The notes below the pieces were generated by a model. It had not been told where the DNA came from. It saw only the letters and a list, made by a program, of their open reading frames with translations, and ran no database searches. From Candidatus Magasanikiibacteriota bacterium (GTDB lineage: Bacteria > Patescibacteriota > Patescibacteriia > Magasanikbacterales > UBA922), in assembly GCA_003518365.1 (NCBI GenBank), contig DOYU01000010.1, positions 1,938-65,937 on the forward strand: a DNA stretch of 64,000 nucleotides. The letters are read 5' to 3'. Positions 29,986 to 39,842 of this stretch are shown piece by piece. A program made the translations under genes and the position numbers. The stretch's first letter is position 1. Each line of letters opens with the position of its first letter.

Positions 29986-30279
29986 CTAGGTCAGCTGATC
30001 GCTCGTGTAGGAGAGCTCATGAACCAGCTCGTTCTTCCACTCGTTGGACCCCAGATCTGCATCCCAGACGGACGCAATGAGGGATCTAATCCACATATTG
30101 ACGGACATGCGCTTGTTGGTGAGCATCTTCTCTTCACAGCGCCTGAGCGCGTGGAGAAGATGCATCAGCACTGCCTTGTGAATCGCAGCCTCAGCAGCTT
30201 CTTTAGGAAGAGGCGTCATCACCAAATCCTGGATAGTCATTGTAATAGCCTGGATGGCGGGGAAACGTCGCTCGCTCAT
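29986..30279 (-). CDS. hypothetical small protein, GC-rich relative to surroundings
   Basis: 97-aa ORF with strong RBS (GGAGGA 6 nt before ATG) and downstream hairpin; local GC clearly above genome background. Confidence 0.5.
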   Translation of the reverse strand: MSERRFPAIQAITMTIQDLVMTPLPKEAAEAAIHKAVLMHLLHALRRCEEKMLTNKRMSVNMWIRSLIASVWDADLGSNEWKNELVHELSYTSDQLT

Positions 30280-30488
30280 TGTGATCCTCCGATGTTGTGC
30301 GAGAGTGATATAGAATCATACTTAAGAAAATCTGTCAATAATAAAAAGATCGAGTATTGAACTTGATCTTTTTATTTCTAAATTGCCTACTTAAACGAAT
30401 TTTGCTTTGGCTTTCTCACTACCAGCAGGAATTTGTCACTCCATCAGAAAGGTTGCTAGATGTTACGTGCTACATGATTCGTGAAGAC

Positions 30489-31502
30489 CTACCAATTTCC
30501 ACACACCGTCTTCATCAACGCTGCTGTCACTTGATACGGATCACAGTTTGCAGCAGGACGGCGATCTTCTAAATAGCCATAGCCAACATTGCTGGTCGCC
30601 ATGGGAATACGAATCGAAGCACCACGATCACTTACACCGTAACGAAATTCATTGATACTGCACGTCTCATGTTGCCCTGTCAAACGCTCTTCATTATGTG
30701 CTCCATACACAGCAATATGGTCTGCATGGCGTCTTCCTAATTTTTCACATGCTGCGGTGATAACACTCATGCCGCCCGGCTCACGCATGGATTTTGTACT
30801 AAAGTTTGTATGCGCTCCAGCCCCATTCCAATCCCCTTTTACAGGCTTTGGATACAGCGTGGCACTGACATCATGGTCTTCTGCAATTCTATAGAGCATC
30901 CATCGCGCCATCCAAATCTGATCCGATACTTCAAGTGGGCCGACAGGTCCAATCTGAAATTCCCATTGACCTGGCATGACTTCTGCATTGATGCCACAAA
31001 AGTCTAAGCCTGCTTCCAGACATGCTTCCATGTGTTCTTCGACAATCGCACGACCAAATACTTCATCAGCCCCAACGCCACAATAGTAATTGCCTTGTGG
31101 ACCAGGGAATCCATGATCCGGCCATCCAAGCGGTTTTGCGCCATCAAAAAACGTATATTCTTGTTCGATGCCAAACCACGCTTCTTCATGTTCATACATC
31201 TTTGCGACTTCTCTGAGATGCGCGCGTGTATTCGACACATGGACAGTACCGTCTGCATTCAATACCTCACAGAGAACGAGCACATGATTCCCTCCACGAA
31301 TCGGATCTTTGACAAAGAAGACAGGTTTGAGCTGGCAGTCGCTTTTTGATCCATCAGCTTGCTGCGTACTTGAACCATCAAATCCCCAATCCGGCAAATC
31401 CTCAATGCGTGAGATTGGTCCGCGGACGACTTTTGTTTTGGATCGAAGTTTGGCAGTTGGCTTCTGCCCATCGATCCAAATGTATTCTGCCATGATGCTA
31501 TA
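30489..31502 (-). CDS. glnII: glutamine synthetase, type II (eukaryote-like GSII)
   Basis: EYIWIDG N-terminus, YYCGVGADEVFGR, NAEVMPGQWEFQIGP, NGAGAHTNFSTKSMRE match the GSII signature; ~340 aa. Confidence 0.8.
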   Translation of the reverse strand, partial: YSIMAEYIWIDGQKPTAKLRSKTKVVRGPISRIEDLPDWGFDGSSTQQADGSKSDCQLKPVFFVKDPIRGGNHVLVLCEVLNADGTVHVSNTRAHLREVAKMYEHEEAWFGIEQEYTFFDGAKPLGWPDHGFPGPQGNYYCGVGADEVFGRAIVEEHMEACLEAGLDFCGINAEVMPGQWEFQIGPVGPLEVSDQIWMARWMLYRIAEDHDVSATLYPKPVKGDWNGAGAHTNFSTKSMREPGGMSVITAACEKLGRRHADHIAVYGAHNEERLTGQHETCSINEFRYGVSDRGASIRIPMATSNVGYGYLEDRRPAANCDPYQVTAALMKTVCGNW

Positions 31503-31594
31503 CATAGCGTAAAATATAAAATACAAAGACCCGGTGTGTGACAGGTCTTTGTGTTGATGCATGTATTGTAGAGGAGAAGAAAAAAATGGTCAAA

Positions 31595-31918
31595 TTATTC
31601 CTCAGGAAAGACTTTGTTTCCATCTTTGTCGTACAGATGAATTGCAAGAACGGGACATGACTGCGCGCCGAGAAGCAATGTTTCTTCATCTGTTGCATCA
31701 TGTCCTTCTGGTACATAGGCAATATCTTCTTCATCCATCTGAAATGCTAGTGGAGCCACAACAGTACAAGACATCGCGCCAATGCATGCTTGTTTGTCGA
31801 CTACAATGCGACGAATTCTCCCCTCTTTTCGAATGCCTTGATAGTATTCATCTGGCATGTCATCTGGCATTGCGATGTCTTCGTCTGAATCATTGTTTAT
31901 TGGTGGATCGTATTCCAT
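31595..31918 (-). CDS. single-cluster 4Fe-4S ferredoxin
   Basis: CIGAMSC ... SCP cysteine motifs typical of small single-cluster ferredoxins. Confidence 0.65.
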   Translation of the reverse strand: MEYDPPINNDSDEDIAMPDDMPDEYYQGIRKEGRIRRIVVDKQACIGAMSCTVVAPLAFQMDEEDIAYVPEGHDATDEETLLLGAQSCPVLAIHLYDKDGNKVFPEE

Positions 31919-31924
31919 AAAATA

Positions 31925-32788
31925 TTATATTTTTCTCCCTTCGTTTCGGTGTACGTTTCTTTCTAATCGAGCTTCTACATCGGGGACTAATTCTGTATAA
32001 AATTCATTTCTTAGAGGTTCAATATCTTTATTACATTTTTCTACCATTTTGGCTTCAATAGTCTCATCTTTCTGCATTATTCTAACAATAACATCTTGCA
32101 CGGTCAATCCAGCACGTTCAAGTTTTTCTAGCACACTATGAACTATTTCATTTTTATATGTATCTGCATATCCATCGAGGCATTGGCTAAGTTCTGCTCT
32201 TAGTTCCGCATCATCAGCAGGACTATTCCGAAGTTCAGCTACCTTATCCTGCAATTCTAGTAATGTCTCACTTGTACTGTGCGATTCTAGTAGACACTCA
32301 AATTCGTACCGTACAAGTTTCTCCATGTATGCATCTACAGTCCGTCGAACCTTACTCTCGATGTTCTTCTGAGTCTCTCGCAATTCCTCCGCTACTTTGG
32401 CTGTGAGCCATTTTCCAAAAACAAAGTATTTTTCAAGAAAGTAGGACTGTCTTTGTCTCTCCTTAAATTTGCTCCTGAATAAGGCTCCATCAATTTCTGG
32501 ATGTTCCTGTATGTACTCGTCTACCAGAAATGCAAGCCCTGGCTCTGGGGCCTCTAGAATACTTTCAGCAAAACCATAGGCTGACGATTCAAGGTTGTTT
32601 AAAAAATGTTCTGCTTTTTGCAAAAAAGGTTGTGTTATCTCTCCACCAATTTGTGCATCTAATGCATCCAGCCCTTCTTGAATTTTCCTTTCTTTTGCTT
32701 CTTTTTCGTTTCTGAGATGGGAGGCAAATGACGAATCTATAAATACATCAAGTTGTTGCTCTATTTGCGTCGTGTTTGTTTGACTCAT
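31925..32788 (-). CDS. hypothetical acidic, predicted helical protein
   Basis: 287-aa ORF tightly packed downstream of the suf operon; no recognizable motif. Confidence 0.45.
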   Translation of the reverse strand: MSQTNTTQIEQQLDVFIDSSFASHLRNEKEAKERKIQEGLDALDAQIGGEITQPFLQKAEHFLNNLESSAYGFAESILEAPEPGLAFLVDEYIQEHPEIDGALFRSKFKERQRQSYFLEKYFVFGKWLTAKVAEELRETQKNIESKVRRTVDAYMEKLVRYEFECLLESHSTSETLLELQDKVAELRNSPADDAELRAELSQCLDGYADTYKNEIVHSVLEKLERAGLTVQDVIVRIMQKDETIEAKMVEKCNKDIEPLRNEFYTELVPDVEARLERNVHRNEGRKI

Positions 32789-32798
32789 ATGAATGAAA

Positions 32799-33086
32799 TT
32801 AGAGACCCATCATGACCTTGAGTGCCTCAGGCATCTCCCACGGTGGGTCAAAACTGACTTCTATTGTGACATGTTCCACGCCAAGATTCAACATAGCTTC
32901 GCGAATGCCATCTTGTAATGCCGGTCCTGCTGGGCACATGGGTGTTGTATAGGTCATCACGATATGAATATGCTCATCATCTGGAATATCTATCTCACGA
33001 ATAAGACCCATGGTGTGGATATCCAGACCAACTTCTGGGTCAATAACCATTTTCAAATGTGCTTCGACGTCTTCTTTTGTAATCAT
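32799..33086 (-). CDS. DUF59 (MIP18/SufT-like) Fe-S assembly protein
   Basis: Small protein with conserved Cys (TTPMCPAG) typical of DUF59; in suf operon. Confidence 0.7.
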   Translation of the reverse strand: MITKEDVEAHLKMVIDPEVGLDIHTMGLIREIDIPDDEHIHIVMTYTTPMCPAGPALQDGIREAMLNLGVEHVTIEVSFDPPWEMPEALKVMMGL

Positions 33087-33811
33087 AGTGTACCTGTATA
33101 CCCACTCTTTTCAATTTCAACGGCCAATTCAGGTCCCCCACTCTTCACAATCTTTCCATCCATCATGATATGAATCTCGTCCGGCTTTACGTATTCGAGA
33201 ATACGATTGTAGTGCGTGATAAGCAAAACGCCTGTTTCTGAACTTCGGAAACGATTGATGCCTTCAGACACAATGCGTAAGGCATCAACATCAAGACCAG
33301 AATCAGTTTCATCAAGAATAGCATACATTGGCGTGAGTGCAGACATTTGCAAAATTTCAAGCCGTTTTTTTTCTCCACCAGACATGCCTACATTCACATA
33401 CCGCGTAAGAAAAGATTCCTCAATATTCAATTCTTTCATTTTTTCTACAAGCATCGCATGCACAGTAAGTGGGTTTTGTGTTTCACCGCGCTGTGCATTG
33501 ATAGCAAGACGCAAAAAGTTTGCAACCGTTACTCCCTCAATCCCAGGTGGGTATTGCATAGAAAGGAACATGCCTTTTTTTGCTCGTGCGTCTGGCGCCA
33601 TGTCTGTAATATTCTCATCATCAAGAAAAATAGAACCACTGGTTACTTCATACGTTGGATGCCCTGCCAAAGTATTTGCAAGCGTCGATTTTCCAGATCC
33701 ATTTGGCCCCATGATAACAACGACTTTCCCTTTTGGCACGTCAAGATTGACCCCTTTCAGGATTTCTTTGCCGTCAGCTTTTGCATGAAGATCTTGTATA
33801 TGTAAACTCAT
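33083..33811 (-). CDS. sufC: Fe-S cluster assembly ATPase SufC
   Basis: ABC ATPase motifs GPNGSGKST, LSGGEKKR; SufC-like length. Confidence 0.9.
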   Translation of the reverse strand: MSLHIQDLHAKADGKEILKGVNLDVPKGKVVVIMGPNGSGKSTLANTLAGHPTYEVTSGSIFLDDENITDMAPDARAKKGMFLSMQYPPGIEGVTVANFLRLAINAQRGETQNPLTVHAMLVEKMKELNIEESFLTRYVNVGMSGGEKKRLEILQMSALTPMYAILDETDSGLDVDALRIVSEGINRFRSSETGVLLITHYNRILEYVKPDEIHIMMDGKIVKSGGPELAVEIEKSGYTGTL

Positions 33812-34179
33812 AGTTCATTCATCATTGATTTAAGGGTATTCCATCCGAGCAAAGCACACTTCATTCGTGCATGGGATATGGGAATGCCGAGCATTGCCAG
33901 CATATTTTCCTCTGTAATAGCACATATTTCTTCTTTTGTCATCCCTTTTACTTTATCCGTAATGAGCGACAGGGATGCCTGTGAAATCGCACAGCCTTCA
34001 CCTTGATGGCCTATATCCACTACTCTCCCTTCAGTATCAAATAATACCTGCAATGTAACATTGTCTCCACACGAAGGATTCACGGCCTTCTTTTCAATAC
34101 TAAATGTATCCAACTGTTTATGATTCAGCGGATGCTTATACAAATCAAGGATCATTTCTTTGTAGAGTTGTTCGTCCAT
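33808..34179 (-). CDS. sufU: SufU/NifU-like Fe-S scaffold
   Basis: Conserved Cys in NPSCGD, GEGCAIS and a C-terminal Cys. Confidence 0.8.
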   Translation of the reverse strand: MDEQLYKEMILDLYKHPLNHKQLDTFSIEKKAVNPSCGDNVTLQVLFDTEGRVVDIGHQGEGCAISQASLSLITDKVKGMTKEEICAITEENMLAMLGIPISHARMKCALLGWNTLKSMMNEL

Positions 34180-34321
34180 ACGTGGATAATTGGATTATTT
34201 GTTGATTGGGCAATTTGTCATCCTGAACTTGATTCAGGATCTCTCTCACCAAAGACGTGCTCTGTTGGAAAGATGCCGGATCAAGTCCGGCATGACAATC
34301 CGAAACTTATTACGGGATCGC

Positions 34322-35527
34322 TTATCTAAACAGATCAAGGGTTTTCTTCAAAGCTCTCAGAACAGTATCTATATCCTTTTCATCATTATACATTCCTACA
34401 GAAAATCGCGCAGTACCGCCATTCAATCCCAGTTTTTTCATCAGCGGCAGAGTGCAGTGATGTCCAGCTCGGATTGCGACGTTGTGTTGATTGCAAATCT
34501 CGGCAATATCATGCGGATGAATACCTGGGATATGAATTGAAACGATGCCATTGTGTTTCGTTACATCTGATGATCCAATGATTTTTACTTCAGGCAATGT
34601 AGATAATTGTTTGATGAGGTAATTAGTTAATTCGTTTTCGTGAGCAATGATGTTCTCTAATCCAATCTCCTGTACAAATGCAATCGCAGCTCCGAGTCCA
34701 ATTGCACCGGCAATGTTGGGCGTGCCTGGTTCAAATCTATGTGGTACCTCATTCCATTCTGCATCTTCATAGCTGACATCATTGACCATATCGCCACCAA
34801 ACACCACCGGTGACAATGCTTCAAGTTTTTCTTTTTTTCCATACAACACACCAATCCCTGTGGGCCCATATAGTTTATGTCCAGAAAAAACAAGAAAGTC
34901 CACGTCCAGTGTCTTTACATCAGTATTCATGTGAACAATAGATTGTGCAGCATCAATAATAGTGATTGCTCCTACCTGCTTTGCCAGAGCAATCAGATCT
35001 TTTGCAGGAGCTTTACTTCCGAGTGTATTTGAGACGTGTGCAAATGAAACAATTTTTGTGTTGCTATCAATTTTTCTCTTTGCATCTTCGAGATCAAGCT
35101 GAAAATCTTCATCAATGTCAATAAAACGTAATTCCACGCCAGTCTTTTTTGCAACTTGTTGCCAAGGTATCAAATTTGCGTGATGTTCCCATGCAGTAAG
35201 TACAATATTGTCTCCTGATTTCAACGATTGTCCGAGGGATGTTGCGAGCATGTTCAACCCGTGCGTTGTTCCATAGGTAAATACGATTTCTTCTGGTGTA
35301 GCATTGATAAACTGCGCAACAATGTTTCTTGCGTTTTCATATTCAGTTGTTGCTCTATCACTCGCGGTATACAGACCTCGGTGAATGTTCACTCCATATT
35401 CTTCATAATATTCTCTCATTTTTTTAATCACCACTTGTGGCTTCAATGCAGAAGCAGCACTATCAAAATACGCCAGGTCAGGTGAATGATGGAAAATGGG
35501 AAAATGTTGTTTGATGTTTTTATCCAT
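34322..35527 (-). CDS. sufS: cysteine desulfurase SufS (class II)
   Basis: PLP-dependent class V aminotransferase fold, SufS-like N-terminus and HHCTLP active-site region; start at MDKNIKQ. Confidence 0.85.
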   Translation of the reverse strand: MDKNIKQHFPIFHHSPDLAYFDSAASALKPQVVIKKMREYYEEYGVNIHRGLYTASDRATTEYENARNIVAQFINATPEEIVFTYGTTHGLNMLATSLGQSLKSGDNIVLTAWEHHANLIPWQQVAKKTGVELRFIDIDEDFQLDLEDAKRKIDSNTKIVSFAHVSNTLGSKAPAKDLIALAKQVGAITIIDAAQSIVHMNTDVKTLDVDFLVFSGHKLYGPTGIGVLYGKKEKLEALSPVVFGGDMVNDVSYEDAEWNEVPHRFEPGTPNIAGAIGLGAAIAFVQEIGLENIIAHENELTNYLIKQLSTLPEVKIIGSSDVTKHNGIVSIHIPGIHPHDIAEICNQHNVAIRAGHHCTLPLMKKLGLNGGTARFSVGMYNDEKDIDTVLRALKKTLDLFR

Positions 35528-35550
35528 ATGGAGTGACGAACGCAAGTTCG

Positions 35551-36597
35551 TTATGTTTGCAATGGTGACGAACTCGCGTTCGTCATTCCTCTTGCTTCAG
35601 TAATACTTTGCATGATATCTGTTTTCAAAGCATTATCTTCAATCATATCGACAATGCTTCCGAGATGTCCATGCAGCATTGCTTGCTTTGCGGTCTGGGT
35701 ATCCATACCACGAGATTGGAAATAAAACAAGGATTCCTCGTCTACATTGGTGGTAGAAACGCCGTGTGAGCAAGACACCTCATTATTTGCAATTTCAAGA
35801 TCTGGAACAGAACTGATGTGTGCGTCTGAGGAAAGAAGCAGTGTTTCTTCTTTTTGATGCCCCACTGCATTGAACGCATGTTCGCGGATATCAATCAGAC
35901 TTCTGTAAATAGTTTTGGCTTTATCTTCTAGCGCGCCATGTGTTTTCAAATTACTTTGCGTGTGCTCTGCCACATGCATCGTCGTATGCGTAATGTCATG
36001 AAACTGTTCTCGTCGTCCATAAAAAATACCGTACGTCTCCCCCACTGATCGTGGCTGTTCAAGAATGGTGTATATACTTGAGTTTGCTACAGATCCTCCA
36101 ATAGCGACATCAATCCATGTTATCTTTGCTTCTTTGCCGACAAAGGCACGTCTGAGAGCAATGACAAACTGATCTTTCTCAACACGTTGATCGGCTATGT
36201 ACGTTACGTGTGAACCTTCTTCTAGTGTTATATCAATAATGACGCCAGTAAAATCTTTATTCATGATATGTTCATTCATTGTAGCTTTTACTCCGGTCTT
36301 CACGACAATGTGAATATACGCGCCTGCAGTTTTTTTCAATGCTTGCAGCGTCAATGCAAACAAATCAGTATCTTTTTCAATAACAATCTCAAATGCATCT
36401 AGTACATTCTCCGCAAGATGTTCAAACAAGACATTATCTTTAATCCCATATTCTACATTCGATATTCGACATTCTACTTTTTCTGCAGAGACTTGCATTG
36501 ATTCACTACCAAACTCTCGCATACCCAAACCAACCGGACTATAGTCTGCGACTATGCCAATTCCATATTTGAGATGTTCTGTTTGGATGTTAGACAT
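35551..36597 (-). CDS. sufD: Fe-S cluster assembly protein SufD
   Basis: SufB/SufD beta-helix family; position in operon. Confidence 0.7.
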   Translation of the reverse strand: MSNIQTEHLKYGIGIVADYSPVGLGMREFGSESMQVSAEKVECRISNVEYGIKDNVLFEHLAENVLDAFEIVIEKDTDLFALTLQALKKTAGAYIHIVVKTGVKATMNEHIMNKDFTGVIIDITLEEGSHVTYIADQRVEKDQFVIALRRAFVGKEAKITWIDVAIGGSVANSSIYTILEQPRSVGETYGIFYGRREQFHDITHTTMHVAEHTQSNLKTHGALEDKAKTIYRSLIDIREHAFNAVGHQKEETLLLSSDAHISSVPDLEIANNEVSCSHGVSTTNVDEESLFYFQSRGMDTQTAKQAMLHGHLGSIVDMIEDNALKTDIMQSITEARGMTNASSSPLQT

Positions 36598-37216
36598 GTT
36601 CTTGTATAAATAATGTTGCGCGTTTAACCGCCTCTGGATATATTTCTTTTACTCTATCATCATTTTCAAATTCAACCGCTTTCGCTTTCACTTTTTCAGA
36701 CGATTCTTCTGGAAGTCCTAAGCCTTTCCAAAAAGTAAGACCCTCTTCTATGCCAATATCTGACTTGTTTGTGTAGATTTCTTGAATAAGTTTGTTATAT
36801 TGTCTAACTTTTGATAAGTCTTCGTTGTTTTTTACTTCAACATAATCTAAATCATGCAAATAATCAGACATTGCAAAGTTCTCAAAATCATCTATATCCT
36901 GAAGAATTTTTAACCCAGTGGACACAATCCATTGAGGATCTCCATACGCTTTTGTAGGTGGCAAATGAAATAATGCATTTCTCACTTCTTCTGATAGCCT
37001 ATCGTTCAAGTGATGTACTGCCATTCCTTTCAAAAAATCATCATTACTTTCAAATTCAGTGAACAGCTCTTTGTAATGAGTTTTTGAACGATGAATGCCA
37101 GTTATATATCGACTATCTGGATATACTGTTCCCGACAAATACTTTTTTCTATCTTGAACCGAAAGCAACTCCTGAAATTCAAGCGCAAATCGAATATGTG
37201 TGGCTGATAATGACAT
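36590..37216 (-). CDS. hypothetical protein embedded in suf operon between sufB and sufD
   Basis: 208-aa ORF on the operon strand, overlaps sufD start by 8 nt; no recognizable motif (His-rich stretch AVHHLNDR). Confidence 0.5.
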   Translation of the reverse strand: MSLSATHIRFALEFQELLSVQDRKKYLSGTVYPDSRYITGIHRSKTHYKELFTEFESNDDFLKGMAVHHLNDRLSEEVRNALFHLPPTKAYGDPQWIVSTGLKILQDIDDFENFAMSDYLHDLDYVEVKNNEDLSKVRQYNKLIQEIYTNKSDIGIEEGLTFWKGLGLPEESSEKVKAKAVEFENDDRVKEIYPEAVKRATLFIQEHV

Positions 37217-37226
37217 AATATGTTTG

Positions 37227-38639
37227 TTATCCTACACTCCCTTCCATCTCAAGCTCAATCAATCGATTCAACTCAAGTGCATATTCAAGTGGTAATGCTT
37301 TTACAATTGGTTCTATAAATCCTGCAACAACAAGTTGCATGGCTTCCTGTTCAGAAAGTCCTCGACTCATGAGATAAAAAATCTCTTCGTCCCCAATTTT
37401 TCCTACGCGTGCTTCATGTGCAATATCAACCTTATCATTGTCGATCTTCATGTATGGATGCGTTTTGGTCACGGATTCTTTATCAATCAAAAGTGCGTCA
37501 CATTCTACAGAAATTTTACTTCTGTCAGCCTGCTTTGTGACTTTCACATAGCCACGATAGGTCGTAATGCCATTGCCTGTGGAAATAGATTTTGCGCGAA
37601 TTGTGGACTTTGTATCAGGAGCAACATGAATCACTTTTGATCCTGTATCTTGATTCTGTCCATCACCAGCAAAGGCAATGCCAAGACTATCCGAACGTGC
37701 ACCTCTGCCACGAAGAATGGATGCAGGATAAAGCATCGTCACACCACTGCCCATATTTCCATTGATCCATTCTATCACGCCATTCTCGTCAACCAACGCA
37801 CGCTTTGTATTCAGGTTGTACGTATTTTTTGACCAATTTTCTATAGAATAATATCTGACTCGCGCATTGGCATGGACAAATATTTCTACACCTCCTGCAT
37901 GGAGTGAATTTTTTGTGTATCGTGGAGCACTACATCCTTCTATATACTGAATTTCGCTTCCTTCGTCTGCAATGATGAGCGTGTGTTCAAATTGTCCGCC
38001 ACTTTCTGCATTCATGCGAAAATAGGCTTGCAGGGGAAGTGTCACTTTGACATTTTTTGGAACATAAATAAATGTTCCACCACTCCATACCGCAGCATGA
38101 AGCATGATAAACTTGTGATCATTGATAGGAATGCATTGCGTCATGAAATATTTCTGAACTAATTCAGGATATTTTTGCACAGCTACATCCATGTTTTCAA
38201 AAATAACACCTTGTTTTTTCAAATCTTCCTGAATGTTATGATAAATAACATCACTATCGTACTGAGCGCCTACTCCAGCGAGTGCTTTCTTTTCTGCTTC
38301 TGGAATACCGAGGCGATCAAATGTTTTTTTGATATCATCGGGAACATCATCCCAACTTGTTGCTTCCTGCGTATCGGGACGAACAAAATACGTGATCTCA
38401 TCAAGATTAAGTTTTGATAAATCCGGTCCCCATGTGGGAATAGCAGTTTCTTTAAAATATGCAAATGCCTGCAAACGCTTTTCAAGCATCCATGCAGGCT
38501 CATTTTTTTGTTTTGAAATTTCACGAACAACCTCCTCTGTCACACCAGGAGTTGCTCGATATTTTGATCGCTCTTCATTTGCAGTGTCGTAGAGTGATCG
38601 ATCGATTGTAATATTTTTGATTGACATGTTTTTACGCAT
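37227..38639 (-). CDS. sufB: Fe-S cluster assembly protein SufB
   Basis: 470-aa SufB-like with conserved N-terminal region and beta-helix core. Confidence 0.9.
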   Translation of the reverse strand: MRKNMSIKNITIDRSLYDTANEERSKYRATPGVTEEVVREISKQKNEPAWMLEKRLQAFAYFKETAIPTWGPDLSKLNLDEITYFVRPDTQEATSWDDVPDDIKKTFDRLGIPEAEKKALAGVGAQYDSDVIYHNIQEDLKKQGVIFENMDVAVQKYPELVQKYFMTQCIPINDHKFIMLHAAVWSGGTFIYVPKNVKVTLPLQAYFRMNAESGGQFEHTLIIADEGSEIQYIEGCSAPRYTKNSLHAGGVEIFVHANARVRYYSIENWSKNTYNLNTKRALVDENGVIEWINGNMGSGVTMLYPASILRGRGARSDSLGIAFAGDGQNQDTGSKVIHVAPDTKSTIRAKSISTGNGITTYRGYVKVTKQADRSKISVECDALLIDKESVTKTHPYMKIDNDKVDIAHEARVGKIGDEEIFYLMSRGLSEQEAMQLVVAGFIEPIVKALPLEYALELNRLIELEMEGSVG

Positions 38640-38654
38640 TCAGATATTCCTGAT

Positions 38655-39842
38655 TTATATATTCATTTTTCTCACTTTCACGATAACTCCAGGCAATACG
38701 TTCAAAACCTTTTTAATTTCTTTTTCTGTCGTATCTTTTCCAAGTGTAAAACGAATACTACTTTTCATCCTTGCTTCATCATAGCCACACGCAGTGAGAA
38801 CATGTGAGAGTTCATCACTGTCTGTAGTACATGCTGAGCCAGAGCTTACTGCAATGCCTGCCGCATCAAGATATAAAATAATTGCTTCAGATTCTGCTCC
38901 GAGGAATGAGACGTTCAAGTTATTCACCAAACGTTGGTTTTCAAGTGAAGGCCCGTTCAATGCGACATTCTCAATCTTATCCTGAATACCAGCCCATAAA
39001 TAATTTCGTAACTTTAAAATTTGTTTGTTAGTAGTTAATTGTTTATCGTTAATTTGTAAGACCGCTTCCCCCAATCCAACTATTCCCGCAACATCTTCCG
39101 TCCCAGGCGAATAGCCAAACTCCTGTCCACCACCAAACATGATTGGTTCGATATCAACTTCTCTTCTTTTGAACAACACGCCGGCACTTTTTGGTCCATA
39201 TATTTTTGATCCATTGAAGCTCAGAAGATCAACATGCAACCGCTCAACTGACATATCGAGATATCCCGCAGCCTGACATGCATCGGTATGAAAAAGTGGA
39301 TATATACTCTTGTGTTCTTTTCTATATCGCAATATCATTTTTCCAATTTCAGCAATTGGTTCGATAGTGCCAATTTCATTATTGGCATACATGATAGAAA
39401 CAAGAATCGTATCTGGACGAATTGCCATTTTTACCGCATCGACTGAAACAAATCCATGTTCATCAACAGGAAGGTACGTGATATCAAATCCTTCCTTTTC
39501 TAGCTGTCTCAATGTATTGAGCACAGCATGATGTTCCACTTGTGAAGTAACAATGTGTTTTCCTGTTTCACGATGCGCAAGGGCAGCACCGAGAAGAGCA
39601 ACATTAATAGAATGTGTACCTCCATGTGTGAAGACAATAGTATCAGGCGTTGTATGTACAAACGTTGCAACAGTTTTTCGAGCATGTTCTATCGCACTTT
39701 TTGCAAAGACAGAGCTATCATACAATGCGGAGGGATTTGCAAAGTGCTCTGTCAAAAAAGGTTTCATCGCAGCAAAAACAGCAGCGTCGAGTGGCGTAGC
39801 TGCTGCATGGTCTAGATAGATTGTCCCTTTCTTCATTGTCAT
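38655..39842 (-). CDS. iscS: class I cysteine desulfurase (IscS/NifS-like)
   Basis: YLDHAAATP N-terminus; PLP-Lys region SFNGSKIYGPK; active-site loop SSGSAC; start taken at MTMKKG. Confidence 0.8.
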   Translation of the reverse strand: MTMKKGTIYLDHAAATPLDAAVFAAMKPFLTEHFANPSALYDSSVFAKSAIEHARKTVATFVHTTPDTIVFTHGGTHSINVALLGAALAHRETGKHIVTSQVEHHAVLNTLRQLEKEGFDITYLPVDEHGFVSVDAVKMAIRPDTILVSIMYANNEIGTIEPIAEIGKMILRYRKEHKSIYPLFHTDACQAAGYLDMSVERLHVDLLSFNGSKIYGPKSAGVLFKRREVDIEPIMFGGGQEFGYSPGTEDVAGIVGLGEAVLQINDKQLTTNKQILKLRNYLWAGIQDKIENVALNGPSLENQRLVNNLNVSFLGAESEAIILYLDAAGIAVSSGSACTTDSDELSHVLTACGYDEARMKSSIRFTLGKDTTEKEIKKVLNVLPGVIVKVRKMNI

